This document shows, piece after piece, positions 14,780 through 28,630 of a stretch of DNA of 64,000 nucleotides. Numbering within the stretch: the stretch's first letter is position 1; each line of letters begins with the position of its first letter. The stretch comes from Paraspadella gotoi (lineage: Eukaryota > Animalia > Chaetognatha), in assembly GCA_051294375.1 (NCBI GenBank), contig CM119265.1:4505847-4569846 (forward strand), written 5' to 3'. Below the pieces are notes generated by a model. The model saw only the letters and a program-made list of their open reading frames with translations, had not been told where the DNA came from and ran no database searches. The position numbers and the translations under genes were made by a program.

Positions 14780-16428
14780 ATTCAACTTCCGTTGTCGCTA
14801 CCGTGAAAACGTTTCCCATAGAAACTGGTGCCACCTGGGACTAACCTCCTCGTCGGTGGCGACGAGACGAGACGAGGAACGTCAGCGCGATTTTAGTTTA
14901 AAATAATTTCCAAATCGACGGTAAAAGGCGCCCTAAAAAACGGGAATAATTTGTAATGGGTTTTTTAAAAAAAAAAACAACATTTTTTTCCTGATTCATA
15001 GGAATAGACCTTGTTCATAAATAGTGGTTACAAGCAATATAAGCTTTTTAAATATTGGACCTTAATAAACATATCCCTGGTCCCGAAACGAGGAGTTTGT
15101 CACAAAGATGAAGGAAAATCAAAAGGCCCAACGAAAGCCTATGAAGATATTCCTCTGATTTTCATTTTTTCCTGTTTTAACAGACGCGAGAAGGATTGAG
15201 AAAAGTGGGACTATAGGACGCACGAAATACTACATCCCAGGCTGAAATATCGGTCCTCTTCCGTGGGTTCAAACGGAGACTCGGGTCCGTGCCTCCTCCG
15301 AAAAAATCCCATTGCAAATCATTGCGGTCGCGAGGACATACCGCAGTGACGCAGCCAGGTTCCCAGAGTTATTCGTATCACCTTCGTCGCATCACAAATA
15401 CTCCATATCAAACTCGCTTCCGCGCGCTCATAACTGGTACTGCTGATCTCAGGTGTTGTAGTGTTTCATCTTCTATGCCTTGGCTGATTCTTCATACTTC
15501 TCTCTCTCTCCTTGTTGTGTTTCCTCGTCGTCCTCTTAGGCGTTCCTCCCTGTGTTCGTTTTTTTTCTTTTATAGACGCGTCTTCAGAACCGAGGTATGG
15601 AGAGTAGTGCTTTGTGTGTTCGATAGATAGCGATCACAGTATAGTTGGGTTTTTATTCGTTCTTCGAGGCATTTCTCGAGAATTCTCCTCCGACTACTCG
15701 TCCTGCAGGGTCTCGTATGGATCTGAACTGATTATCTATTTTTTCTATACTATTATTTCACACTTATATTTTTATAATTTATCACGGTTTAGTTTGATAT
15801 TAATATTAATATATATCACAGTTATATTTCGGTCTCTACCCCTGGCTGCTATCTTTATTCGCCGCCGTGTATACAACGTTTTGTAATCTTCTTTTCAAGC
15901 TCTAGTGTTATTAGACAAATCTTTTCGCCTTCAGACGAGAGACGAGAGAGAGAGAGAGTAGAAGACGAGACGAGGAGACTGAGGGCCCGAGAGGAGTAGA
16001 GAGAGTCTATGATGACAGGGAGAAAGAGCCATGGAGGTATGCCCGTATTTTCCATTGAAGATGATAGAGATGCAGAGCAGCAGAGACGCATGTATATTCT
16101 ATCTTCATGCTGTTTCGTTGTTATGATATGCATACTACAACCATCAAGATCGCCATCATAGATCTATGTACTCGCATTCAAATCCAGCTGTCACGAATGA
16201 TCTCGAAGTCTCTCGCTCTATCCCCTCGACAGGGATCAGAAATGAACACGTTGGTCATAACCACACCCGCCATCGGCTGCCCCTTCCCCTCCCTTCGGTT
16301 CTCATCAATCGGCTCTGGGCGCTTTCACACTTAGACGATGCATCGCCGGGGCGTCTGGCAAAGCGTAATAAAGACGAAAAAGGATTGTGATTCCATTTCA
16401 GGGTAAGGCCTCTCTAATTTTTCGGAAG

Positions 16429-16494
<66 letters not shown>

Positions 16495-16497
16495 GGT

Positions 16498-16530
<33 letters not shown>

Positions 16531-17805
16531 AGGAAGGGAGAGAAAGAGAAAGGAGAGAGAGAAGAGAAGGAAGAGAGAGAAGAGAGAGAGAGGCAGAGTG
16601 CGCCTTCGGCGAGTTTGGAGCTCTGCGCGCTTTTACGACTCTTCCGGGAGAACCGAAGGCAGAAAATAGAAAAGCGACGTAGGAAAAAAAAGAAAGAGAA
16701 AAAAAAAAGAAAAATAAGAAAAAAATCGAGACTGCGTAATAAAAGAAAGAACAGAAGCGAAATAGATTGAGCCTAACGTGTTTATATTTGAAGGGGAGAG
16801 GAGAGGGAGGGAGAAATAGAAAATGAAGGAAATAAGGAAGGAAAGAAGGAAAAAAACACAAAATATTTTCGCTGATAAATAGAAACTGAAAAACAAACCG
16901 GTGCAATGATCGCCAAATTCTCTCCTCTCTTCTCTCATCTTTCTGCTCTCTCTCTCTGCCCTCTCTCTCTCTCAATCTCTCATCGTCTCTCTCTCTCTCC
17001 TCATCTCTCTCTCTCATCTCTCCTGCTCTCTCTCCCTTCTCTCTCCTAAGTTGACCCCTTTTTCAATCAGCGATAAGATTGCGTCTCTTTCTCCGGAGGT
17101 TTACAAGATGGAAATTGACCCTACGGCATAACGATAATCGCCAAGTAACTTTATTCTCGTCGAGAACGGCATGGCTTGCTTTCTTTTCTTTCCTTCTTTC
17201 TTTTTTCTCCCTTTTTATTTCTTTATTTTAAAAACTAAATAAAATCTTCGGCAGTTTGAACCGAAAAAAAAAGAAAAAAGAAAAAAAGAAAGATCCCGTC
17301 GTCAGGTGCGAAAGACGTTTGACGATAAAAAAAGAGATAAAAAAGGGCGAAATTAACGAGACTTTTCGGGAATGAAATAACAATTCACGGTCGGGCCGCG
17401 CGAGAGATTTTTTTTCGGCAAGCTTGAGTGATTGACAACTTTTACCAGTTTGTACATATGAAACCCACTATCATAAAGCGTTATAAAAAAAAAAATTATA
17501 ATAAAAATCCAGTGAATTGAATATAGAAAGAAAGTCGGGAAAAAATGTAGGAGAAATATATATAATGAAATCATGGGGAAAACCGTCAATTAACCATTAA
17601 CCATTAACTTTTTAATTTATTCATACCTTACCGTTAATATAATATAATGTAATATAATGTAATCATCATCATACGACCTCGGACATTCGCCGATGAACGA
17701 AACCCAAACTTCCTTCTTCAACCACAACACATTCCTCCCGCAACTTTAAAAAAAAAAAAATCAGCTTAGGAGAGGAGAAGTCGGAGAGATGAGGGAGAGA
17801 TGAGA

Positions 17806-17890
<85 letters not shown>

Positions 17891-18248
17891 ATTTGGCGAT
17901 CATTGCACCGAGCTTTTCTGTTTTTCAGTTTCTATTTATCAGGAAAATATTTGTGTTTTTTCCTTCTTCCTTCTTATTTCCTTCTTTCTATTTTTCTTCC
18001 CTCCGCTCTCCCTCTCCCCTTCAAATATAAACAACGTTAGGCTCAATCTATTTTTCGGCTTCTGTTCTTCTTTTATTTAGCGCAGTCTCGATTTTTTTTC
18101 TTATTTTTCTTTTTTTTTTCTTTTCTTTTTTTTCTCCTGTGACGTCGACTTTCTATTTTCTGCCTTCTGTGTTCTCCCCGAAGAGTCGTAAAAGCTGCGC
18201 GAGCTCCAAATCTCGGAAGGCGCACTCTCTCTCTCTCTCTCTGCTCTC

Positions 18249-18292
<44 letters not shown>

Positions 18293-18378
18293 GTCTCTTC
18301 CTCTCTCTCTCTCTCTCTCTCTCTCCTCTCCTCTCTCTTCTCTCTCTATCCTTCTCTCTCTCTCTCTCCTCTCTCTCT

Positions 18379-18418
<40 letters not shown>

Positions 18419-18773
18419 ACTCTCCCCTTTCCGAAAAATTAGAGAGGCCTTACCCCCTGAAATGGAAGTCACAATCCTTTTCGTCTTTATTACGCTTTGC
18501 CAGACGCCCCGGCGAGCGATCGTTCTAAGTGTGAAAGCGCCAGAGCCGAGAATGAAACTGAAGGGGGAAGGGGCAGCCGATGGCGGGTGTTTATGACCAA
18601 CGTGTTCATTTCTGATCCCGGAGGGGGAGCCTCGAGATATTTCGTGGCTTTTATGCTGCATCATTTTAGTCGTTGGAGTTGTAGGTATCGTAACAGCATG
18701 CGGATTCGACCCGTCTCTCTCTCTCTCTCTTCTCTCTCTCTGTTTCTGTCTCTCTCTCTCTCTCCTCTCCGTT

Positions 18774-18825
<52 letters not shown>

Positions 18826-19740
18826 GTCATGAACGAAAATTTGTTCTAATAAACTAACTGAAGGTTCCTTTTTCCCGCCGTTTAATTAACCATAACTTGT
18901 ATAATTTATTCATACTCTTACCGTTAATATAATTATAATGTGAATATAAATGTAATCATCAATTCATACGACTCGGACATTCGCCGGAATGAACGGAAAA
19001 CCCGAAACTTGTCCTTTCTTCAACCACAACACATTCCTTCCCGCAACTTTAAAAAAAAAAAAAGCGAAGGGCGGAGAAAAAAAGTCCTTGGAAAAACGTA
19101 CATTCGCGTACATTTTGCCGCGAGGGCCGTNNNNNNNNNNNNNNNNNNNNNNNNNTTTTTTTTTTTCACGAGGTTACGAAACTCTGGAACTCTCGTTCCG
19201 CTTTCCTCCCGCCCATTTTCATTTTTTCCCCCCGATCTCCGTTGAACCCACGAAAACCGAATTCAGCCTTGTAGTATTCGTCTCCTTAGTCCCACTTTTC
19301 TCATCCTCTCGCGCTAAAACAAAAATAAAATCAGAGATATCTCAAGGCTTTCGTTGGCTTTGGATTTTCCCTTCTCTTTTGACAACTTTTTCGACCAGGA
19401 TATGACGTTCAAGTTTTTGGAGAGTGGCATTGGCAATATCTCAATCATTTTTACGAATGTAATATCCAATATTAAAACTTACTATGCTTGTAACGACTAT
19501 TTATGAACAAGTCTATTCCTATGAATCAGAAAAAAATGTTGTTTTTTTTTTAAAAACCCATTTACAAATATTCCACGTTTTGGCGCCTTTTTTACCGTCG
19601 ATTTTGGAAATTGATTTAAACTAAAATTCCGTGACGTTCCTCGGTCTCGTCGTCGCCCACCGAGAAGAGGTTACGTCCCCAGGGGGCACCGTTGCTATGG
19701 AAACCGTTTTCACGTAGCGACGGAAGTTGATAAACGTCGG
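14780..19740. repeat. Nested inverted duplications (about 14780-15390 vs 19160-19740; about 16192-17050 vs 17765-18646) plus a direct duplicate (about 17590-17760 vs 18885-19070)
   Basis: Reverse-complement matches are readable by eye and differ mostly by small indels. The block is associated with 25-N gaps at 14650-14674 and 19131-19155. Confidence 0.85.
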
Positions 19741-22013
19741 TCTCGTAACAAAAACTCACTGAGATTGTTATGGCCTCCGACGACGCTCCGCTATTTCGTG
19801 AGTGTGGGAGAGAGAGGCCTGGAAGAGAGGAGAGAGAAAAGATAATAATCGGAGAGAGGGAGATTGACGATTAGATGAAACACGGAGAAGAGAGAAGAGA
19901 GAAAGAGAGAGAGAGAGAGAGAGAGGAGAGATGCAGAAGAGAGAACTAAGAGGAGAGAGATGAGAGACAGAGAGAGAGAGAGAGGAGAGCGATGAGTAGA
20001 GAGAGAGAGTGAGAGAGAGAGAGAAGAGAGAGAAAGAGAGGAGAGAAGAGAGAGAGAGATGAGAGAGAGAGATGAAAATAAAACAGTTTATTATTTTTTC
20101 TTTTCGTATTTCCCTACGGGCGTCACGCACGATGCGTTCGTGAGAAGAGGATTGGAGCGATGGGTGAGGTTGATGGGTGAGGAAAGGAAAACGAAGTCGT
20201 TCTCTTCGTCTGCTGGATGACTCCGTCACCCACCTTTTCACCCACTCATTTCCTCTCCTCCCCCTTTTCTCACCCGCTAGTTCCTAGCCAAAAAAAACAA
20301 AAAACTCCAACCAAACTCAAGATGGCGTCTGTGGAACTAAACGCTACTAATTGAAGGAGAAGTGGGCGTGGTGGCGCGTGAAGGACGCCGGCCGCTTTCT
20401 ACGCCGCCGCCGAGCTGCTTCCTCCTCCGCTGCTGCCCCCGCCGCTTCCTCATCCGCCTCCGCCGCCGAGGAGTCTGCGTTTTGGGCTGCCGGGTCTCCA
20501 GAGGCTCGGGCGAAATGCGTGTGGACGAAGAGCGTGGGCAGAGACCGTGCGTGAAAGGGCATGTGACGACAGCGTGGGCGATCAGTGCGGACCAAGCTTG
20601 AGCCTCGTCAATGGGCGATGAGTGTGGGAAGACAGTTATTCATTTTGCCGGTTTTTAATTTCGATATATCAAGAATACAAAAAACATTAAAAAGAACTCT
20701 CTACATTTTTGAAGAACAAATTAATATATTTCTGAATACATAATACAAACATCTTAGTTCGAAAACCTCGCAAGAATCACTTAATTTCATGGGCGTAGGT
20801 AAAACCCAAAGAGGGCGAAAGGGATCGCCGTGAACGAGTTTGAAATCGCTGGGATTCTCATAACGGCGGGAGTGGCAGCTCTGTCGACGAGGAAGTGGGA
20901 GTGTCAGCTTAGGAAGAGGGGAAGGTGGCGGTCAGCCATTTTTTTTCTTTGGCGCGGAGAGACGACGTTTGGACGGATTGAAGGTGAACCGGAGGTCCCG
21001 ATTTTATTGCCGGTCGAAACGAGGAAGGGGCGGACCTTAATGGATCTGCAAATCTATTATTAATGATATTATCAGCCTGCATATAAAAAAAGGGAAGAAA
21101 AGCCGAATCTCGTCCGATGGTGAAGGTAGAAGATTGGGCGATATTCTTTAGCACGATCCGACTCATTGCCTTCGAATCATTAACGAAATACAAAAATATC
21201 CAGGAACAAAGTAGCCATTCCCGAATAACAACCACTCATTGGCGTTTGGCTTTTCATCCAATTTTAAAAGATGAGCAGAGACGATCCGTCTCTTCTCTCT
21301 CTGTTCAGTGATATTGATTTTGATGTGGTCGTTAGCTGCGTCTTTAGGAAAAAAGAAAAACAAAAAAACTGCAATTGAAATTATTCAGACAATGACAATA
21401 CAATACAATTTTACGAATGAAATTTTAAAAATAAGAAGGGATTTAATTAGCGATTGAAACGTTTAACATTAAATTAAAGTTTAATAAAAAATATAAAAAA
21501 TTCGATAAAAGACGAAGAACGCCGGTCGGAAACGTATGTGCGGGTCGCCAAGCAGCTGCCCACGTCCGACAAGCAGATGGCGTTGTCGAAGAAAAACCGG
21601 GCTTAGATCGAGATGCTTGCTTTTAGATTGGAAACAAGCAATAAATCGGGAATCGGCCGCCGGAAGAGAGAGACCGGCATCGTGCGAACAGATTTGTTTT
21701 CCGTATGAAGCTGGTGAGTGGTAAGAAGGAAATGGGAGGAAAGAAAGAAAAAAAAAAGTTAAAATCTAAAGAGAATGAAAAAAAAGATTAAAAAAAAAAT
21801 AAATGAAAAAAAGAAAAGACGACAGAAAAAAAAAGTGAAGTTGTTTCAATGTAAAAAGCGAAAAAAAAATATTTATTTGACTTCAGCAAGAAAGCAATTA
21901 CATACACTTCACATGCCACAACCGGATGAAGCGAGAGTAAAGAAAAGGAATGAGATACAAGAAGAAAAAGATCACAACAGTCACAAAGGAAAAAAAAGAA
22001 AAGGAATTGAGGC

Positions 22014-22050
<37 letters not shown>

Positions 22051-22336
22051 GGGGAAATATCCTCGAGGAAAAAATACTAGGCAAAAGTCAGTGAGCATCA
22101 GGAACGCTCAAATCAGGGATCTAGGGAATGAAGGAAAAAAAAAAGATAAAAGAAAACTTCAAATAATCTTAGAAGAAAAATAAAAATCCCTCGGCGGAAT
22201 ATAAAAAAAAAAAAAGGAAAAAGGAATCAAGGGAATCGAGGCGGAAGTGCACGCGGGGATTTTCCTGTGCGATTAATTCGCCCCTGACTGCATAAATCAT
22301 TTTCAGACTAAACAAACACGGCCCGAAAAAATTTAG

Positions 22337-22421
<85 letters not shown>

Positions 22422-23991
22422 GATTAAATTAAAGGACGACTCTCGTTTGACAAGGTTGGCCGCCGACGACATACGTCAAGAGCGGCAAAGGCGGGTGGCG
22501 GTGGCGGTGGCGGTAGGAGTGGGTGAGGTGGGTGAGTGTACGATGGGTGAGGTTTAGGGGTAAAGGGGAGGCGTTTCAAGGACGGCGCGGAGGCCGTCTT
22601 GATTGATTTCGACCATTATTTAGTCCTCGTCTGGAGAAACACCATTTGTCTTGGTTTTCTTTCTTCGCGTCGAGATGCGTTTTTCGGCCGGGGGCGGCGG
22701 AGGAAAGAGGAAAAGGGAGGAAGGAAGGAGGAAAGGAAAAGAGAGGGGAGGGAAAAGAGGAAGGAGGAAGAAAGATGGAGAATGGAGATATAAGAAGAAA
22801 GGAAAAAATGGCCGTTGAGAAAGAGAAAGGGAAAGAAGAAAGACGTAAGAAAAGAGGAGGGAGCGGGGGAGAAAGGGAAAAAGGGAGGAAAGAGGAAAGA
22901 AAGTGAAGAAGAAGAAAAAAAAATGGCTGTAAAAAAAAGATAGAGAAAGAGTTAGGTGAGGAAACAAGTAACGAGGAATGAAGGAAAGAAAAAGGGTAAT
23001 AAAATATATCTAGAATGGTCGATAGAGGGAAAAAAGAAAAGGGGCAGAAATAAAAGGAAACATAGGCGAAATAAAAGGAAAGGAGGAGGGAAGGAAGGGG
23101 AGGAAGGAAATAGACTTAGGATGAGGAGAAGAGAAGAAGAGAATGTCGTTACGGAATAAATGGGGAAGAGGAGCAAAATGAGAAGAGGGAAGAAAAGAGA
23201 AGGAAAGATCGAAGAAAACAGGGGGCGCGCCGAGACGAGGGTTCGCGTGGGAGCCCCGGCTTTTTTTATGCGGCGCCCCGCGATCGGCGCCTCGACGCCG
23301 CGGGAACCTCGTCTGCAACGTCGTGGGAGTAAAAGCGCGGCGCCGTGAGAAGGCGCCCGGAGACGGCGCTGTTTTCTTCTTCTCCTTAACCCCTGTTTTC
23401 ACGAAAGAAAAAGAGAGAGAACAGTTTTTTTGAATTAAAACTTACTTTTTGATCTCATGCAGTTTTATTTTTCTTAAATTCATAATTTAAAAAAAAATAT
23501 TTTTGGAATGTTTTTATACCAAATTAGTTTAATTAGTATTTTCAGTCCTAACAATAACATACTTCCCATATAAATATCTGCCTGGAGCTTTACTAGCATT
23601 GGCGTCTTCGTATTCAACGTCATTGTCGTCGTCGTCATCGTTTTCGCAAACAGAGACGCAACCCCAGCGACTCGCTCGCCATCCAAAGTCGTAAAATAGT
23701 TATTTGCGAAAGCTCCACTCCTTTGGCCCCTCTCCGTTTTTCTTCCTCACCTCTACCCCATGAAACCTCCCGAAACCCAGCTCCAAAAACTACCTAAAAC
23801 CCCCCCGGCCCCCTTTCCACCCGTGATTTCTAAAAGGCTCGCCCACCTTGGCAATGATGCACCAGTTTTGCGCCGCTAAACCGGAATCATTATCAAATCT
23901 CTAGACAATCGCGAGCGGGCGATGAAAATAAGATGAAAAAAATGCGAGATGGAAAGCAGACAGAGAGAGAGAGAGAAGAAGAGGAGAGCAG

Positions 23992-24058
<67 letters not shown>

Positions 24059-24444
24059 TCCATCTCGCTGCCAACGCTATTCGTCTTTCGAGGAAAGGCC
24101 TTTTGGTTCTCCCATCTCCCGGTGACGGCGTTGAATGCAACGGTCAGTAGCGTTCGTAAAAAAGAGGCGCCATCTCGCGAGATTACGCAACCCGATCGTA
24201 ACGTATTAAGGTAAAATTGTCTTCTTCGGCGTCAGAAAATTAAAAGAGAATTAAGAATTCGCGCGTCTCTTCCTGATTTTGAACTCATCACTTCTTATTC
24301 CCCCCATGCCCGATTTTCTTGCCCCTGATTCCCTCTGCCCGATCCTTTTCCACTCTGCCTTCAATCCACCGCTGCGCCCGACATCCTTTCGCTCGACCGC
24401 TTCCGTCCTTCACCTCGATCGCGAACTCAACTCAAACTCGCATC

Positions 24445-24520
24445 CTTTTTAGTTGCGCCAGCGAGGACTCGAGGAGCATCTCTATAAGTCGCCTTTCGGT
24501 CCGTCAGTCAGTCCCAATTA
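24445..24520 (+). mobile_element. HINE/DINE-1-like element 5' end
   Basis: TTTTTAGTTGCG...GCATCTCTATAAG followed by GGTCCGTCAGTCAGTC tetranucleotide-like tract, an architecture typical of Helentron-associated elements. A similar motif is at about 1076-1165. Confidence 0.35.
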
Positions 24521-25036
24521 CATGATATAATATAATTTGCCTATAGTTGGTTGTTCATTTGTTTAGACAGGAAAAAATTTTAATTCTAAGTGACTGCTAG
24601 CGCCGCCTTCAGAAACCAAAAACTAAAAGGAAAAGATAAAAGACAGAATTAGATGCAGTGTATGTCATAAATACAAAGGCTAAGAAAGTTTTTTAGTCAT
24701 TTTTCATGTCATACACATGAAAATAAAGTCACTGCGGCGCAACATATTTGAATCACCGTTCTAGTTTTTTTTTGTTTTTTTTTTCTCTTTTTCCTCACTA
24801 AGATTTCGCTACCCGAATCTTTTCACTCGAATCTTCCTTCATTTTTTTATAAGCTCACTTAACTCTCGATGCAGCGTCTTCATCAAAATCATCATCAAAA
24901 CCAACAGCAACATCACCATCAAATCCACTCTCCCCGTTCCGGTCTCCACCCCGATACGTTCTCGACGACCCACCCCTCTCCTCCTCCACCGACGCCAACG
25001 CCTCTGATAACAAATTCCCTCATTTATATGAACTCG

Positions 25037-25093
<57 letters not shown>
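25037..25093 (+). repeat. (GTC)n microsatellite
   Basis: About 19 perfect copies; similar tracts at about 38813 and 56233. Confidence 0.95.
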
Positions 25094-27350
25094 CCTCTCG
25101 TCTTTAACGTCGTCTTTATCGTCGTGAGATGGCGCGGAAGGGTAAGAACGCGTGAGATCCTCAATTTGAGTTTCCTTCTTTAGAGAGAAGTTCTTCTCTG
25201 CTCGGGGAATTTTTCATTTCATTGTAAAGCTAAGCGACTTTTTTTTTATTCTTTGAGAGCCGAAATTGAATTTATAATTGTCTTTAGATTAGAAAACACA
25301 ATGGTTGCTATTCTGTCGCAGACGCAACAATTTTATAAAAAAATTATTTTGAAGATTAATTATGATGTCGGTGCAATGAGGTTTTTGCGAATAAAAACCC
25401 GAAAAAATAATCTTTGGAAGAGAAATTATGAGGCGTAAATGCGAATCCAGGGGGAGGGGGCTTTGAGAAATTGAAAAGTTAAAAATTCAAATTTAAACTC
25501 AGCTCAATCGAAAATTGAAAAAAACTATTTTACAAGTATTTTTAGTTACGCTACATTTCGGAACCTGCGAGGTGGAAAAAATGTAAAACGCGTTGAAAAA
25601 AAAAAATTTAAAAAAAATTTTTATATACACTCGCTGTTTCAGTAAACCGTTCATTATTATAATATAAATATAATATAATATAATATAACACCTCGCAAAA
25701 GAAAAAAAAAAGATTTAAAAACCTAAGGCTAAAAAATTTAAACTCGTATGTGGGTTGAAACATGTCTGTTTCACTATGAAATAAAAATGGTTGTTTAATC
25801 TCTCTTCAAAACTTTGTTATAAAAATTGCTAAAAATTAAGCAAAATGGAAAATAAGTACCGAGCCACATAATGCAGTCAATATCCTATTTAAAGCTTATA
25901 AAAGCTGTTAATAGCTACATTAAACTTTATTCAGCTTACAATAATCTTTACCAAAAAAATATTAGTTGACTTACCATAAGCCTTACCCATTACCATTCTC
26001 CTTCTCTGAGATCGCTCTGGCCGATCTATTATTTTTTATCAAAATGAACAAATTCTCATGAAATATTGGTAAAATCATTTAAAATAAGAACTACTCTGTT
26101 AAAAATAAGTAAAATTTATAATAACAATAATGACAACTACTACAATTTGTTTAGCAAAATTAATTTTAGATCAAAGGATATTTATGACCATTTTGCTTAA
26201 ACCTCTACCTATTTCATTCAACAATTTGTTAGCTCATTTTAGTCTGTATAACAAGGATGTTAAGAATATGGAACTAGTTGGTCAGTTTATTTCTAAGCAA
26301 ATAATTTGGCGATGAAGATGTTAAGTTTGTGCATGCAAATGAAATTAATCAGTTTGATTTTTAAAGTAAAAATATAATATTCTGAGATTAAAAACAATTA
26401 ATCTTAAAAAACTAACACTGTTTTAAAAAACATCCAGTATTTTTAATAGGCATTAATTTTTAACAATAAATATAAATAAATATTGTTACGAAATAACTAT
26501 CTTTTATATTACGAGGAAATCCAGCTTCTCTATCTTTTCTCTCAATGCTCTTTTGTTCTTTATTACTGACATAAAAAATGCTTCCATTCTAGCGATCGCC
26601 ACGACATCTTTAGGCTCTCTCTTTTGTTTATACCTTAGTACAGATTTCCGAAGGCAGTGTACAGCTGATTCTGATTGGTGCCCGTGATTTCGATAGATTT
26701 CGATTTGATTCTGATCGAATTATTTTCAGATCTCAAAGTTGTCACTGGGTTTTTAGTTATTTTCAGAGCATTTAAACTCTTTTATTAGATATCTCGGAAA
26801 CTTATTTTTTGTGTGATCGATGGTTTGGTGGACTTTTCTATGAGAGAAGCATCTCTATTTTTGTTTATTATTGGCTTCAGAAACAAGTAAGAAAGACACT
26901 TTAAACTTATATATATTTGCTGAGTTTGTACTAAATGTTTTGTTATTCCTTGCCCAGGACTTCTAACTCTTCAAGCATCAGACACGTCATTGACACTTCG
27001 TCAAGTCCTGGGCTTCGTAGATTGTCGTCCTTTCGGCCTTAGCCGACGTCATCTACCGAGACTTTGTCGTCAGCATCTCCAGGGCGTCTTGACCGGCGCC
27101 ATCGTCTCTTCTGCGCCATTTATTCCCGATTTCATCTGGTCTTGAATGCGCAGGATAAGCCATGTCAGTTAGAATTCAAAGACAGCCACTTCTCCGAACT
27201 TAGTTCAATACAAATATAATCCTAAATTGTATCGCCGTTTGTGGTGATGTGTGAGCGTGGCTAGCGGGAGAAAAAAGGGCTCGACGTCCGACGGCCGTGA
27301 TTTGGTTATTTTAATTTGCCCCATTTTTCGAGAGAAGGAACACGATGACA

Positions 27351-27580
27351 ATTAAAACAAGTTTGAGCAAACAATGTCGGATCGGCCTACGATAATTAAT
27401 TAATTAATTAATCGATTAATTAATTTTAATATTTAATAATTAATTATAAATTTATATCAGCTTATCATCATCGATGTCCTTAAAATTGGGTCAGGACAGT
27501 TATTAAAATATGTTTGTTTACATTTTATCAAAACAACAAATATCCTCTATTTTATTTTATGTCTCCTTCTCTCTCCTCTC

Positions 27581-27631
<51 letters not shown>

Positions 27632-28458
27632 ATGGCAATTGCGACGATCTTTATGCTATTTTTTTAAACTTGCATCATTTTTTCAACTTGCATAATTTTT
27701 TAAATTGCATCATTTTTTCAACATTAAATTAATTAATTAATTAAAAACATTTATTAGTAATCATTATATTAAGAGATTTAAGTAAATGTGACTTATGTTT
27801 TTCTGGCACAATTCCGTCAGAACTTTATATAATTATTATATATTAATAAATATTTAAAAGCTTCAGGGCAACAACCCAATGAACTAAGTTACATTGAAAA
27901 TCGATTTAGTAGTAGAAGGAAAAAAAGCATTTTTTTAAGAGAACTAGAAGTTATAAAAAGTGTTTAATTTTTTTTTATAGATTCTGATAGAGCTTTAAAA
28001 GTCATATAAAGGTTATTAATACATTTTTTAAAAATTTGTTTGTTTTATTAATGAAAAATTTAAAAAACTAAAATTCAGCCAATGATGATGATGATTTTTT
28101 AAGGCTTTTTTCTATTTTAAACCAATTTGTTGTCAAAATTTTTAAAAATTATAGTACTAACTTTCATTTAACTTTTTAAGCTCTCTTTTTATCTCGGACG
28201 CTTAACGCCAGACTTCCCTATATTTATTAAAAACAAGTTTGAGCAAACAATGTCGGATCTACCTACGATAATTAATTAATTAATCGATTAATTAATAAAT
28301 TAATTTTAATAATTAATTATAATTTATATTTAGCTTGTCATCATCGATGTCCTTAAAATTGAGTCAGGACAGTTATTAAATGTTTTGTTTACATTTTATC
28401 AAAAGAAACATATATCCTCTATTTTATTTTGTCTCCTTCTCTCTCACTCTCTCTCTCA

Positions 28459-28493
<35 letters not shown>

Positions 28494-28630
28494 ACTCTTT
28501 CTATCTCTCTCTCTCTCTCTCTCTTTTTATGCAATTGCGACGATCCTTATGCTTTTAAGATTTTTTTAACTTGCATCATTTTTTCAACTTGCATAATTTT
28601 TTCAACTTGCATTCCGTCAAAACTTTATAT
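27351..28630 (+). repeat. Direct duplication of a ~380-400 bp element (27351-27722 and 28226-28630)
   Basis: Both copies begin AAACAAGTTTGAGCAAACAATGTCGGATC and share a (TAAT)n tract, CATCATCGATGTCCTTAAAATTG.GTCAGGACAG, a (CT)n tract, and GCAATTGCGACGATC/TTGCATCATTTTTTCAAC repeats. Confidence 0.9.

Noticed and set aside
20320-20600. GC-rich segment with Ala/Ser-rich ORFs, a possible first exon or promoter
   Set aside because: No recognisable protein or linked exons; low-complexity GCC/TCC repeats explain the ORFs.
26955-27175. GC-richer island, possibly a degenerate RTE-LINE 3' end on the minus strand (MAQKRRWR..DAL)
   Set aside because: Similarity is too short and requires frameshifts.
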